A DNA stretch of 58,508 bases from Acidobacteriota bacterium (lineage in GTDB: Bacteria > Acidobacteriota > Polarisedimenticolia > SMYD01), in assembly GCA_046757965.1 (NCBI GenBank), contig JBHHZI010000004.1, positions 1 to 58,508 of the forward strand. The letters are read 5' to 3'. The notes beneath the pieces are model-generated. The model saw only the letters and a program-made list of their open reading frames with translations, ran no database searches and was not told the origin of the DNA. Shown in pieces: positions 16,753 through 26,427 of this stretch. The position numbers were made by a program, and so were the translations under genes. The first letter of the stretch is position 1. Each line of letters opens with the position of its first letter.

Positions 16753-17739
16753 ATGAGCGTCGACATCGCGCAGATGAACGAGCGGATTGCGGAGGAGAAT
16801 GCCCGCATCACGCCGATCCTCACCGAGATCCAGCGGGTCGTGGTCGGGCAGAAGAACCTGCTGGAGCGGTTGCTCCTGGGCATCCTGTCCCGCGGCCACG
16901 TGCTCCTGGAAGGGGTCCCGGGCCTGGCCAAGACCCTGGCCGTCAACTCCCTGGCCGGCTCGGTGCACTGCACCTTCCGTCGCATCCAGTTCACGCCGGA
17001 TCTGCTGCCGGCCGACCTGGTGGGGACCCTGGTGTTCAATCCCCGGGAGGGGACCTTCAGCCCCAAGAAGGGACCGGTGTTCGCCAACATCGTCCTGGCC
17101 GACGAGATCAACCGGGCCCCGGCCAAGGTGCAGTCGGCCCTGCTCGAGGCGATGCAGGAGCAGCAGGTCACCATCGGGGACACCAGTCACGCGCTGCCGG
17201 TGCCCTTCCTGGTGCTGGCGACCCAGAACCCCATCGAGCAGGAGGGGACGTACCCCCTGCCCGAGGCCCAGGTCGACCGCTTCATGCTCAAGGTGAAGGT
17301 CGACTATCCGAGCCGTGAGGAGGAGATCGAGATCCTCGACCGGATGTCCACCGGCGATGTTCCCAGCGTCTCGCCTGTCGTGTCGCCCGACGATATCCTC
17401 AGGGCGCGGAAGGTGGTCGACGGGATCTACCTCGATGATCGCGTGAAGAAGTACATCCTCGACCTGGTGTTCGCCACCCGCCGGCCGGCGGACTATGGCC
17501 TCGACATGGCGAGCCTCATCCGCTACGGCGGGTCGCCGCGCGCCACGCTGTTTCTGGCCCGGGCGGCGCGGGCCCACGCCTTTCTGCGGGGACGGGGCTT
17601 CGTCGTCCCGGAAGATGTCAAGGCGACCGGTTTCGATGTCCTGCGGCATCGAGTCATTCTCACCTACGAGGCCGAGGCCGAGGAGGTGACCGCCGAGGAT
17701 GTCATCCGCCGGATCTTCGAAACCGTCGTGGTCCCCTGA
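16753..17739 (+). CDS. moxR: MoxR-family AAA+ ATPase
   Basis: Walker A is [11 protein letters not shown] and Walker B is [26 protein letters not shown] at 16753 ([12 protein letters not shown]). Confidence 0.9.
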   Translation: MSVDIAQMNERIAEENARITPILTEIQRVVVGQKNLLERLLLGILSRGHVLLEGVPGLAKTLAVNSLAGSVHCTFRRIQFTPDLLPADLVGTLVFNPREGTFSPKKGPVFANIVLADEINRAPAKVQSALLEAMQEQQVTIGDTSHALPVPFLVLATQNPIEQEGTYPLPEAQVDRFMLKVKVDYPSREEEIEILDRMSTGDVPSVSPVVSPDDILRARKVVDGIYLDDRVKKYILDLVFATRRPADYGLDMASLIRYGGSPRATLFLARAARAHAFLRGRGFVVPEDVKATGFDVLRHRVILTYEAEAEEVTAEDVIRRIFETVVVP

Positions 17740-17773
17740 CCGATCCCGCCGGAGAGACCGGGCCGGCCTGACG

Positions 17774-18655
17774 ATGATTCCGCGGGAAATCCTCAAGAAG
17801 GTTCGCCGGATCGAGATCCGGACCAATCGCGTCGTCAACGAGACGTTCGCCGGGCGCTACCACTCCGTCTTCCGCGGCCGCGGGATGGAATTCTCCGAGG
17901 TGCGCGAGTATCAACCGGGCGACGATGTGCGCACCATCGACTGGAACGTCACCTCTCGCATGGGTCACCCGTACATCAAGAAGCATGTCGAGGAGCGCGA
18001 GCTGACGGTGATGCTGGCGGTGGACTGCTCCGGGTCGGAGCGCTTCGGCACCGGCCTGCAGAGCAAGGAGGAGGTCGCGGCGGAGGTGGCGGCTCTCATC
18101 GCGTTCACCGCCATCAAGAACAATGACCGGGTCGGCCTGCTCATGTTCACGGACCAGGTGGAACTGTTCGTGCCGCCGGGCAAGGGCGCGGAGCACGTCC
18201 TGCGGGTCGTGCGCGAGATCCTCGTCTTCTCACCCCGGCATCGGCGGACACGCATCGCGCTCGGACTCGACGCGGTCAACCATCTCGTCCGCAAGCGCTC
18301 GGTCGTGTTCCTGGTCTCGGATCTCCTGGACAGCGGCTTCGAGCGCCCGCTGCGGTTGACGGCGCGCCGGCACGACCTGATCAGTGTCGTGCTCTCCGAC
18401 CCGCGCGAGTCGGAGCTGCCGCCCATCGGTCTGGTCCGCCTGCGCGATGCCGAGACCGGCGCCGAACGGGTGGTCGACACCTCGGCGCGGCGGTTCCGGC
18501 GCGAGTTCTTCGCGGCCGGCGAGCGTCGCCGTGAGGAACGGGACCGGCTCCTGCGAAGTGTGGGCATCGACCGCGTCGATATCCGGACCGACGAGCCGTA
18601 CGAGCGGCCGCTGCTGCAGTTCTTTCGCCGGCGCCAGCAACGGTTTCGAGCATGA
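17774..18655 (+). CDS. DUF58 (vWA-like) protein, MoxR partner
   Basis: GMEFSEVREYQPGDDVRTIDWNVTSR and LAVDCSGSERFG. ATG at 17774. Confidence 0.85.
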   Translation: MIPREILKKVRRIEIRTNRVVNETFAGRYHSVFRGRGMEFSEVREYQPGDDVRTIDWNVTSRMGHPYIKKHVEERELTVMLAVDCSGSERFGTGLQSKEEVAAEVAALIAFTAIKNNDRVGLLMFTDQVELFVPPGKGAEHVLRVVREILVFSPRHRRTRIALGLDAVNHLVRKRSVVFLVSDLLDSGFERPLRLTARRHDLISVVLSDPRESELPPIGLVRLRDAETGAERVVDTSARRFRREFFAAGERRREERDRLLRSVGIDRVDIRTDEPYERPLLQFFRRRQQRFRA

Positions 18656-19656
18656 ACGCTCTCCTGGTCACACTGCTGCTGGCCGGAGCCGCGCCGGCGG
18701 TCCCCGCGCCGCCGGACCCGGTGCGCGTCACGCTCATGGAGAGAGTCCCGGGCAGGGACGACGTCCCGGCGGATGGGTCATCCGCCGCCGACGGGGTGCG
18801 CCTGGGCCAGCGCGTGCTCCTCACGGCCCGCATCGAGGCGCCGGAAGGCACCCGGCTCACCTCCATCGATGCGGCCGAGACCGGTTCCGACTTCGAGCTC
18901 ATCGTCGATGCCCGGGCTGGCGCCACCGACGCCGGACCGTTTCCGCTCGATGTGCCGCTGGCCGTGGTGCCGTTCCAGATCGGGGATCTCTCCTTTCCGG
19001 GCGTGCGGGTCGCCTGGCAGGCTCCGGACGGCACGACCGGCGCGTCGCGCTCCGGCGCCTGGCCGGTGAGTGTCGTGGCCACCATCGACAACGTCGCGAA
19101 GGCGAAGCCCGCCGATATCCGTGGCCCCGTGGATCTGCCCGTGCCGTGGCCCGTGCGTCTTCTGGCCGGCGTGGCGGCCGCGGCGCTCGGGCTGGGCGGC
19201 ATCGTCTGGCTTCTCTGGCGCCGGCGCCGCCGCGGCCACGAGACCGGGGCGGAGCTTCCTCCCGCGGATCCGTATGACGGTCTGGCGCCGGCGGAGTGGG
19301 CGCTGCGGGAGCTGGATCGTCTCCTGGCGGACGGCGTGCTCGCCCGGCAGGGAATCGAACCGTTTCATGTGGCCCTCTCCGACATCGTGCGGCGCTATGT
19401 CCACGGGGCGCACGGTGTGGACACGGCGGAGAGCACCACCACCGAGATTCTCGGGGCGGTCGAGGCCGCGCTGCAGCCTCCGCCGGTGGCCCGGCAAGGG
19501 CTGCGGCAGGTGCTGATGCAGTGCGACCTGGTCAAGTTCGCCCGGGTTCATCCGGGTGATGACGCGGCGCGGTCCGGTGTGGAGCGGGCGCGGCAATTCG
19601 TCGAGACGACGAGGCCGGTGGCCGACCCCGTCCCGCTGGCGCCGGAGGCGACGTGA
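18652..19656 (+). CDS. Exported BatD-like beta-sandwich N-domain fused through one TM helix to a DUF4381-like cytoplasmic tail
   Basis: Signal peptide MNALLVTLLLAGAAPA. TM segment LLAGVAAAALGLGGIVWLLW followed by RRRRR. The tail reads PAEWALRELDRL...DIVRRYV...TTTEIL...CDLVKFAR, a DUF4381-type pattern. ATGA overlap with DUF58. Confidence 0.6.
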   Translation: MNALLVTLLLAGAAPAVPAPPDPVRVTLMERVPGRDDVPADGSSAADGVRLGQRVLLTARIEAPEGTRLTSIDAAETGSDFELIVDARAGATDAGPFPLDVPLAVVPFQIGDLSFPGVRVAWQAPDGTTGASRSGAWPVSVVATIDNVAKAKPADIRGPVDLPVPWPVRLLAGVAAAALGLGGIVWLLWRRRRRGHETGAELPPADPYDGLAPAEWALRELDRLLADGVLARQGIEPFHVALSDIVRRYVHGAHGVDTAESTTTEILGAVEAALQPPPVARQGLRQVLMQCDLVKFARVHPGDDAARSGVERARQFVETTRPVADPVPLAPEAT

Positions 19657-20678
19657 TGTCCGGGCTCTCGCAGATCCGTCTGGCGATGCCCTGGGCTCTT
19701 CTCGGCCTGCCCCTCGTCGGCGTGGTGCTCTGGTGGGGGCTGCGACGGGCCCGACCGACCCATCTGCTGTTCTCGGATCTCCGCCTCCTCGACGCCAGCG
19801 GGCCCGGCCTCAGGAGCCGTCTCCACCGGGTGCCGCTGGCGCTGCGCTGCGCGGCGCTGGCCATCCTGGTGGTCGCGCTGGCCCGGCCGCAGATGGAGAG
19901 CCGCAGCCAGGACATCCTGAGCGAGGGCGTGGACATCATCATCGCCGTGGACAATTCCGGGTCGATGGCCGCCATCGACCTCGGACGAAAGCCGGGCGGT
20001 TTTGACGAGGTGTCGCGTCTCGATTTTGCCCAGCAGGTGGTGGCCGACTTCATCGCCGGACGGCAGGCCGATCGCCTCGGTCTCGTCGTGTTCGCCGGCC
20101 GGGCGTTCACCCGCTGCCCACTCACACTGGATTACGGTCTGCTTCTCCAGATCCTCGACTCGGTCGAGATCACACGGCGCTATGACGGCACGGCCATTGG
20201 CATGGGTCTGGCCACCGCGGTCAATCGCCTGAAGGACAGCCCGGCGAAGAGTCGCGTGGTGATCCTGCTCACCGACGGTCGAAACAACGCAGGGGAGATC
20301 GATCCGATCACCGCCGGTCGTCTCGCCCGCTCGATGGGTGTCCGGGTCCACACCATCGGTGTCGGCACGGAGGGCTCGGCGCCGGTGCCGGTGGATGATC
20401 CCGTCTTCGGGCGGCGTTATGTGTTCCAGCCCGTCGACCTGGACGAGAAGACCCTGCGTCGTCTGGCGGAGGAGACCGACGGACGGTACTTCCGGGCCAC
20501 CGATGCGGCGACGCTGCGGGAAATCTTCGATCGCATCGACAAGATGGAGAAGACCGAGGTTCTCGTGAAGGAGAGGGTGCGCCGCGACGATCTCGCCGGG
20601 CCGTTGCTGGGCTGGGCGGGGCTCCTGCTGCTGGTCGAGTTCTGCCTGCGCTGGACGATCCTGAGGACGCTGCCATGA
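19653..20678 (+). CDS. batA: BatA-type membrane vWA protein
   Basis: N-terminal TM segment, MIDAS motif DIIIAVDNSGSM, and a C-terminal TM segment. The start is either GTG 19653 or ATG 19656. Confidence 0.8.
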   Translation: MMSGLSQIRLAMPWALLGLPLVGVVLWWGLRRARPTHLLFSDLRLLDASGPGLRSRLHRVPLALRCAALAILVVALARPQMESRSQDILSEGVDIIIAVDNSGSMAAIDLGRKPGGFDEVSRLDFAQQVVADFIAGRQADRLGLVVFAGRAFTRCPLTLDYGLLLQILDSVEITRRYDGTAIGMGLATAVNRLKDSPAKSRVVILLTDGRNNAGEIDPITAGRLARSMGVRVHTIGVGTEGSAPVPVDDPVFGRRYVFQPVDLDEKTLRRLAEETDGRYFRATDAATLREIFDRIDKMEKTEVLVKERVRRDDLAGPLLGWAGLLLLVEFCLRWTILRTLP

Positions 20679-21691
20679 TCCGGTTTGCCAGCCCCTCGGT
20701 TCTGCTCTGGTGGATCTTGCTGCCGGTGGCGGCCCTGGTCGTGGGCTTCGTGCTGGCGCACCGCCGGGCGGTGCTGGCCCGGCTCGGGTCATGGGCCATG
20801 GTCCGCCGTCTGGCGGCCAGCAGCGGGCTCGAGCGTCCCGTCGTGAAGACGGCGCTGGTGCTGATGGCCGCGGCGCTGCTGGTCCTGGCCTGGGCCCGCC
20901 CGCAGTGGGGGCGGGTGGCGGAGCCGGTGACCCGCCGGGGAATCGATGTGGTCATCGCCCTGGACACCTCGACCTCGATGCTGGCCGCTGACGCCAGGCC
21001 GGAGCGCATGGCACTGGGAAAGGCCTTCGCGGCGGATCTCGCCCATCGGCTGGCGGGGAACCGTGTCGGACTGGTGGCCTTCGCCGGCTCGGCCTTTCCC
21101 CAGTGCCCGCTCACCCTCGACACGTCCGCGGTCCAGGTCTTCCTCGACATCATGGAGGTCGGTGACGTGCCCGATGCCGGATCGAATCTGGAGGAAGCGA
21201 TCGAGGTGTCGATGGACGCGTTCCCGGAGGACAGCCCCGGCCGCCGGGTCATCGTGCTGATCTCCGATGGAGAGGGTCTGCAGGGCGATGCTGTCTCGGC
21301 GGCCGCACGAGCCGCCGCCGCCGGAGTGCTGGTCTATACTGTGGGCACGGGAACGCCGTCCGGCGCTCCCATCCCATTGACCGGCGAAGACGGCGCGATG
21401 CGCGGCTACAAGAAGGATCATGACGGGCGCGTGGTGACGACGCGACTCGACCGGAAGGCGCTCGACGCCATCGCCCGTGCAGGGCGGGGCCGGTTCATCC
21501 TCGCAACCTCCACTCTCGGAGGTTCGGCACGGCTGGCCGAGGACATCGATCGCATGGAGAAGGCGGACCTGTCGAGCCGGATCATCACCACATTCAAGGA
21601 ACGTTTCCAGATACCACTCCTGGGAGCCGTCCTTCTCCTGTTCATCGAGACCTTCATCTCCCCCGGCCGGCGCATCACGGAGGGACCATGA
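20675..21691 (+). CDS. batB: BatB-type membrane vWA protein
   Basis: MIRFASPSVLLWWILLPVAALV, MIDAS motif DVVIALDTSTSM, and a C-terminal TM segment. ATGA overlap. Confidence 0.8.
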   Translation: MIRFASPSVLLWWILLPVAALVVGFVLAHRRAVLARLGSWAMVRRLAASSGLERPVVKTALVLMAAALLVLAWARPQWGRVAEPVTRRGIDVVIALDTSTSMLAADARPERMALGKAFAADLAHRLAGNRVGLVAFAGSAFPQCPLTLDTSAVQVFLDIMEVGDVPDAGSNLEEAIEVSMDAFPEDSPGRRVIVLISDGEGLQGDAVSAAARAAAAGVLVYTVGTGTPSGAPIPLTGEDGAMRGYKKDHDGRVVTTRLDRKALDAIARAGRGRFILATSTLGGSARLAEDIDRMEKADLSSRIITTFKERFQIPLLGAVLLLFIETFISPGRRITEGP

Positions 21692-22548
21692 GGCAGTTCG
21701 TTCCGGTCGTCGGCCTGGCCGTCCTGGTGCTGCTCGCCGCCCCGGCTCGCGCGGATCGGCGCCGCACGGCGCTCCTCAACCAGGAGGCCAACGAGCTGGC
21801 CCGCCAGGGGAAGCTGGACGAAGCCCTGTCGCGCTACGGCGAGGCGCTGGTCGACAGCCCCGACTCATCCGAGATTCACTACAACATGGGCAATGTCCTG
21901 TTCCGGCTCGGCCGGCTGGATGAGGCGGCGGCCGAGTACGACGCGGCGACCGCGGGCGCGACGACGGCCGATCGGTCGAGGCTGTCCACCGATGCCCGGT
22001 TCAACGAGGGAAACACCTTCCTCCAGGCCGGAAAGTTCAAGGACGCCGCCGATCTGTACCGCCAGGTTCTGCTCGATTCCGGGGATGATGCCGGCGCGCG
22101 GCACAATCTCGAGCTGGCCCTGGCCCGCCTCCAGAAGCAGCAACAGCAGCAGCAGGATCAACAGGCCGATCAACCGCCGAAGCCGGATGATGACAGCAAG
22201 CAGAAGGACGATGCGTCACCCGGGGAGAGCCAGGACGCCTCCGGGGAGAAGCAGCCACAAGATCCCTCCCCGGACGAGGAACGATCCCGGCCGGCGCAGG
22301 GTGATCAGAAGCCGGCCGACCCGTCCGACGGCTCCCCCGATCCGGATGAACCGCAGCCGGGCAACCGTTCCGATGAGGAGGCCGCCGATGATGCCGGGCA
22401 GGAACCGAGCCCGGTCGACGAGGAGGAGATCGGCGAGGAGGAAGCTCGCCGGCTCCTGGAGACACTGTCCCAGGATGAACGGCGTGACCTGAAGGAGTCG
22501 ATCGAACGGAAGCCGCGCAAGAAGAGGGTCCCGGAGCGTGACTGGTAG
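21688..22548 (+). CDS. batC: BatC-type TPR protein with an acidic, Q/P/D/E-rich tail
   Basis: Signal peptide, then TPR units (ALSRYGEAL, YNMGNVLFRLGRLDEAAAEYD, FNEGNTFLQAGKFKDAADLYRQVL), then about 105 aa of low complexity. Confidence 0.7.
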   Translation: MRQFVPVVGLAVLVLLAAPARADRRRTALLNQEANELARQGKLDEALSRYGEALVDSPDSSEIHYNMGNVLFRLGRLDEAAAEYDAATAGATTADRSRLSTDARFNEGNTFLQAGKFKDAADLYRQVLLDSGDDAGARHNLELALARLQKQQQQQQDQQADQPPKPDDDSKQKDDASPGESQDASGEKQPQDPSPDEERSRPAQGDQKPADPSDGSPDPDEPQPGNRSDEEAADDAGQEPSPVDEEEIGEEEARRLLETLSQDERRDLKESIERKPRKKRVPERDW

Positions 22549-24346
22549 GCGACTCGCGGCGGTGCTGTGCCCGGTGCTCGGTGTCTGGCTCGCCACGGCG
22601 GTGCTGGCCGCGAAGGTCGACGTCCGCGTGGATCCCCGGCGGGTGGCGTCCGACGACACGGTGGACCTGACCGTCACGGTGGAGGGTCAGGCCATCGGCG
22701 ACGTGAATCCTCCCTCTCTGGCCGGGCTCGCCGACTGGAGCATCATCAACGGCCCAGCCATCTCGTCCCAGTTCCGGTACGTCAACGGCGAATCCAGCAC
22801 GTCGCGGTCGTTCACGTGGGTCCTGGCACCGTCATCGGCCGGTCGCCTGACCATCCCGCCGCTGGCGGTCGAGGTCGACGGCACCCGCTTGACCACCGCG
22901 CCGGTCCAGGTCCTGGTGTCCGATCCGGCGCGAGGCGGGCCGACCCCCGACGCGAGCGAGCCGGATGCGACCGGCCCGGCGCGCGCGCCGGCGGAGGAGC
23001 TGTTCTTCCGCACCGTGCTCGATCCACCGGATCCGTACGTCGGGCAGCAAGCGGTGCTGCGTTACGATCTCTACACGCGGGCGGATGTCGTCAGCGTTCC
23101 CCAGGCCCAGGAGACGCCGAACTACCCGAACTTCTGGAAGGAGGACCTGGAGGGTCCCCGGCGGATCTCGCCGCGGATGGAGACGATCCAGGGACGGGAG
23201 TACCACGTCTACACGGTTCGCAAGGTGGCGCTGTTCGCCACGGCTTCCGGCGAGACGATCCTTCCACCGCTGACCTTCTCCGTGCCGGTCAAGTCATCCC
23301 GGAGTGCCCGGTTTCGTCGCTCGTTCTTCTTCGACCCGGTGGAGACGGTCTACAAGCGGGCTCCGCAGGTCACGGTGCACGTGCGGCCGCTGCCGGAGAA
23401 GGGACGGCCGGCGGATTTCGCCAACGCCGTCGGACAGTTCCGGCTGGAGGCGAAGGCCGACCGCCGGGAGGCGGAGACCGGCGATGCCGTGGGCCTCCTG
23501 GTCTCCATCGAGGGAAGCGGCAACCTGAACTCGGTGAAGGAACCCGTGATGGAGGTCCCGGAGGGGTTCACGGTCTATCCACCGGAGACGCGGCAATCGA
23601 TCCAGCCGGACCTCGACGACCGGTTCACCGGTGTGAAGTCATGGGACTACATCCTCGTCCCTCATGATCCCGGTCCACAGCATCTTCCGGCGGTGCGGTT
23701 CTCCTACTTCGATCCGCGGCTTGGCGTCTACCGGACGCTCACCGCAGGTGAGCAGGCGATCGAGGTCAGCGGCGAACCGCTGGCCGAGCCCACCGCCGGC
23801 GGCCTGCCGGAGCACCGGGCCATCGAACGTCTGGCGAGTGACATTCACTTCATCGAATCGGGAGGCGGCGCCCTCGCCCGGTCCCGTCCGCCTCTGTACC
23901 GGACCGCGTGGTTCTGGCTCGGCCTGATCGTGCCCCCGTTGACGAATCTCGGTGCTCTCTCCGTCAGGTGGCAGCGCCGCCGGCATGCCGGCCGGATCGG
24001 CCGCATCCGCCGCCGGCGCGCCGGCCGCAGTGCCCTGCGCGGGCTGTCTCGCGCCGCGACGTTGATGGATGACCCCGAACCGCAGCGCTTCTACAGCGCG
24101 CTCGCCCGGACGCTGACGGAGTATGTCGCCGACCGGTTCGGCGATCACGCCGTGGGGCTCACCTACGATCGCATCGCCTCCCTGCTGGCGACCAACCCTG
24201 ATGCGGAGCGCGCCAGCCGCGAATTCCTCGCCGTTCTCGAGGCCTGTGACTGTGCCCGGTTCTCGCCGTCAGGTGGCGAGCGGGCCCGGGAGCAGCTGCA
24301 GGAGCGGGCCCGGAGCGCCGTGCTGGCTCTCGAGGAGGCGTCATGA
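22538..24346 (+). CDS. batD: BatD-type (oxygen-tolerance family) protein
   Basis: Signal peptide, repeated beta-sandwich modules (VDLTVTVEG...PPLAVEVDG), a late TM segment (WFWLGLIVPPLTNLGAL) and a basic stretch. Position after batC. GTG at 22538. Confidence 0.7.
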   Translation: MTGRRLAAVLCPVLGVWLATAVLAAKVDVRVDPRRVASDDTVDLTVTVEGQAIGDVNPPSLAGLADWSIINGPAISSQFRYVNGESSTSRSFTWVLAPSSAGRLTIPPLAVEVDGTRLTTAPVQVLVSDPARGGPTPDASEPDATGPARAPAEELFFRTVLDPPDPYVGQQAVLRYDLYTRADVVSVPQAQETPNYPNFWKEDLEGPRRISPRMETIQGREYHVYTVRKVALFATASGETILPPLTFSVPVKSSRSARFRRSFFFDPVETVYKRAPQVTVHVRPLPEKGRPADFANAVGQFRLEAKADRREAETGDAVGLLVSIEGSGNLNSVKEPVMEVPEGFTVYPPETRQSIQPDLDDRFTGVKSWDYILVPHDPGPQHLPAVRFSYFDPRLGVYRTLTAGEQAIEVSGEPLAEPTAGGLPEHRAIERLASDIHFIESGGGALARSRPPLYRTAWFWLGLIVPPLTNLGALSVRWQRRRHAGRIGRIRRRRAGRSALRGLSRAATLMDDPEPQRFYSALARTLTEYVADRFGDHAVGLTYDRIASLLATNPDAERASREFLAVLEACDCARFSPSGGERAREQLQERARSAVLALEEAS

Positions 24347-25158
24347 CCTGGTGGCGGCGGATGGCGGTCTGTGCCGGCCTGTTGCTGGTCACCGGGGTCC
24401 TCTGCCGGGCGGACGGAAGCGGTGCCGCACCCGCCGGCACGGCTCCACCGGTCACGGCGGTGGACGCCGTGTTCGACGCGGCGAACAGGGCGTACGAGCA
24501 GGAAGACTACGAGGATGCGGCCATCGGCTATCAGCGTCTCATCGATGCCGGGGTCGAGGATGCTCGCGTGGAGTACAACCTCGGCAACGCGCTGTACCGG
24601 CTCGGCAAGATCGGCCCGGCCATTCTTGCCTACGAGCGGGCCCTGAAGCTGTCGCCGTCCGATCGGCGCATTCGCGACAACCTCGAGCAGGTGTCGGCGC
24701 TGCGCATCGATGATGTCGGCGCCGACGCGGCCGACGGGAGTCCGCTCGCGGTCCTCTGGGCCTGGCACGGCCGCCTGTCTCCCGACCTGGTCACGGGGCT
24801 GTTCATCGCCATCTGGGTCCTGTTCAATGTCTGCCTCGCGGTCACGGTGTTTGCGCATCGTCGCCATGTCCGGCGGGTCGGCGGGTACGCCCTGGCCGTG
24901 GCGCTGGTGGCGGTGATGGCCATGGCCGGCATCCTCGGGCCGCTGATCTACCGTCGCGATGCCATCGTCCGGGGCATCGTGGTCCATGCCCGTGTCGACG
25001 TCCGGTCCGCGCCGAACGAGGCCGCCGGAATCGTTCTCACCACGGTTCACGAGGGTCTCGAGGTGCGCGTGCGCGACATGCGAGACCGATGGCTGGAGGT
25101 GACCTTGCCCAACGGCATCCGGGGCTGGGTGGGCCGGGCCTCGGTCGGCATCGTGTGA
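24343..25158 (+). CDS. batE: BatE-type TPR + TM + SH3b protein
   Basis: TPR units (ANRAYEQEDYEDAAIGYQRLI, YNLGNALYRLGKIGPAILAYERALKL), two TM helices and a C-terminal SH3b-like segment (WLEVTLPNGIRGWV). ATGA overlap. Confidence 0.7.
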   Translation: MTWWRRMAVCAGLLLVTGVLCRADGSGAAPAGTAPPVTAVDAVFDAANRAYEQEDYEDAAIGYQRLIDAGVEDARVEYNLGNALYRLGKIGPAILAYERALKLSPSDRRIRDNLEQVSALRIDDVGADAADGSPLAVLWAWHGRLSPDLVTGLFIAIWVLFNVCLAVTVFAHRRHVRRVGGYALAVALVAVMAMAGILGPLIYRRDAIVRGIVVHARVDVRSAPNEAAGIVLTTVHEGLEVRVRDMRDRWLEVTLPNGIRGWVGRASVGIV

Positions 25159-26354
25159 ATGCGGTGCGGAAGGCGGACTCACCCCTCGGCGTGTATGTCC
25201 ACGTGCCGTTCTGCCGGGCGCGATGCAGCTACTGTGCCTTCTACACCGTCGCCCACCACGCCACGGCGATCCAGCCGTTCATCCGGTCCCTGCGCCGCGA
25301 GATCCGCCACCTGGCACGGCGGGGATACGATGAACCCGAACTCTTCGTCCGGCCGGCGCAGGGGCGTTGCGTGGACAGCGTCTTTCTGGGTGGTGGCACG
25401 CCGTCCCTGTTGCCGGGAGAGGCGCTTGCCTCTCTCCTGGGGACGGTGAGGGAGTTCTTCCGCGTCACGTCCGACGCGGAGGTCACGCTCGAGGCCAATC
25501 CGGAGACGGTCACGGCGGCCGCGGCGGCCGGCTGGCGGCACGCCGGCGTCACGCGGGTCAGTGTCGGGGCGCAGACGTTCTCCGACGCTCGCCTGGCCCG
25601 GCTCGGCCGGCGGCACACGGCGGCATCGATCCGCCAGGCGGTGCGCGACCTGCGGGCGGCCGGTTGCGACAACATCAGTCTCGATCTGATCGCCGGCGTC
25701 AGCCCGGCCCGGCTGGATGAGGACGTGGACGCGGCGTGTGCCATCTCTCCCGATCATCTGTCGATGTATCTCCTCGAGGTCACCGAGGAGGAGACGGGCG
25801 CTGTCACGCCGCTGGCGCGCCAGGTTGCCGCCGGCGCGTGCCAGGTTCCGGAGGCGGACTGGTACGCCGACGCCTATCCCCGGGCGGTGAGCCGGCTGGC
25901 CCGGGCGGGCCTGGACCGCTACGAGATCTGCAACTTCGCCCGTCCCGGCCGGGTCTGCCGGCATAATCTGAAGTACTGGCTCGACCGGGATGTCCTCGGT
26001 TTCGGGCCGGGCGCGCACTCCTCCTGTGACGGAACTCGTTTCGCGAATGTCGCGGATCTGCAGCGCTGGCAGCAGCCCCTGCTGACTCGTGGCCGGCCGG
26101 AGACTCCCCGCGCCGATCGCCGGACCACCGGCGAGGCGAACGCGGAGAGGGCCATGCTCGCCTTGCGACTGGAGGAGGGGGCTCCCCGCGCGTGGCTGGA
26201 GCAGCTCCTCCCGGGCCGGGCCGGAAGGGGAGACACCGCACCCTTGGATGACCTGCTCGAGGCGGGTTTCATGATCTCGGACGGAGAGCGCGTGGCGCTG
26301 AGCACCCGGGGAATGCTGGTCTCCAACGAGATCTTCCAGCGCTTCCTGCCGTGA
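25155..26354 (+). CDS. hemW: Radical SAM HemN-like protein / heme chaperone HemW
   Basis: VHVPFCRARCSYCAFY (CxxxCxxC) and GGGTPS. The GTG at 25155 overlaps the batE TGA (GTGTGA). Confidence 0.85.
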   Translation: MNAVRKADSPLGVYVHVPFCRARCSYCAFYTVAHHATAIQPFIRSLRREIRHLARRGYDEPELFVRPAQGRCVDSVFLGGGTPSLLPGEALASLLGTVREFFRVTSDAEVTLEANPETVTAAAAAGWRHAGVTRVSVGAQTFSDARLARLGRRHTAASIRQAVRDLRAAGCDNISLDLIAGVSPARLDEDVDAACAISPDHLSMYLLEVTEEETGAVTPLARQVAAGACQVPEADWYADAYPRAVSRLARAGLDRYEICNFARPGRVCRHNLKYWLDRDVLGFGPGAHSSCDGTRFANVADLQRWQQPLLTRGRPETPRADRRTTGEANAERAMLALRLEEGAPRAWLEQLLPGRAGRGDTAPLDDLLEAGFMISDGERVALSTRGMLVSNEIFQRFLP

Positions 26355-26427
26355 TCCGTACGAGGAGTGTGCGGCGGTCGGGACGGTCCATGTTACTGTG
26401 ACGTCGGAACCGCCGGCGGAGAGAGCG

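Noticed and set aside
22132-22165. CAG/CAA run as a microsatellite or phase-variation tract
   Set aside because: It is an in-frame trinucleotide run encoding polyQ inside BatC. Length changes would not shift the frame.
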